A DNA stretch of 63,027 bases, filler included, from Octopus bimaculoides (Eukaryota), in the NCBI RefSeq assembly GCF_001194135.2. It is 4 parts of 4 records of this genome, joined end to end, with 100 filler letters (N's around TTAATTAATTAA, not from the genome) between each part and the next. Parts side by side here need not be neighbours in the genome. Positions count along the whole stretch, not along the records: positions 58,299 to 63,027 come from NC_069006.1; 3 more parts are not named here. One strand, 5' to 3'. The position numbers and the translations under genes are program-made. Positions within the stretch are counted from its first letter, which is position 1. Every line of letters starts with the position of its first letter. Under the pieces are notes generated by a model. It was not told where the DNA came from and did not search any database. It was given only the letters and a program-made list of their open reading frames with translations. This document shows, one piece after another, positions 62,938 through 63,027 of the stretch.

Positions 62938-63027
62938 CGTATATGCAAACAGACGCTCTTCCTTGTATACATATAAACATAGAATAAATATATATATATT
63001 TATTCTATGTTTATATATATATATATA

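Noticed and set aside
71-63027. Most ORF-track entries (HTHT, CVCV, YIYI, LSLS, poly-K/R/S/I and X-filled ORFs)
   Set aside because: They are translations of microsatellites or N gaps and carry no domain signal.

Overview
AT-rich, gap-ridden, microsatellite-saturated metazoan genomic DNA. The SINE families and the N-TTAATTAATTAA-N scaffold linkers suggest an octopus (coleoid cephalopod) draft assembly; this is inference. No intact host gene, tRNA, rRNA or CRISPR array could be supported, and almost all ORF-track entries are translations of dinucleotide or trinucleotide repeats or of N gaps. The window is a mosaic of mobile-element remnants: two tRNA-derived SINE families, an RTE LINE 3' end, RLE-type (R4/Dong-like) LINE fragments, degenerate RRM+CCHC ORF1-like genes with no visible ORF2, four Penelope-like GIY-YIG fragments, a Helitron 3' end and several fold-backs. 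The most striking hidden signal is a cluster of Type I hammerhead ribozyme (HHR) motifs. Three distinct repeat families carry them (A: 6 copies, B: 2, C: 2), plus two degenerate singletons. They sit in short Penelope-pLTR or retrozyme-like units that are repeatedly arranged as outward-facing inverted pairs and partial tandems. The copy at 19883-19956 has an intact core with a GUC cleavage site. HHRs in Penelope-like elements and retrozymes are an established class; whether these particular families have been described could not be checked. All structures were folded by eye, and most element boundaries are approximate.
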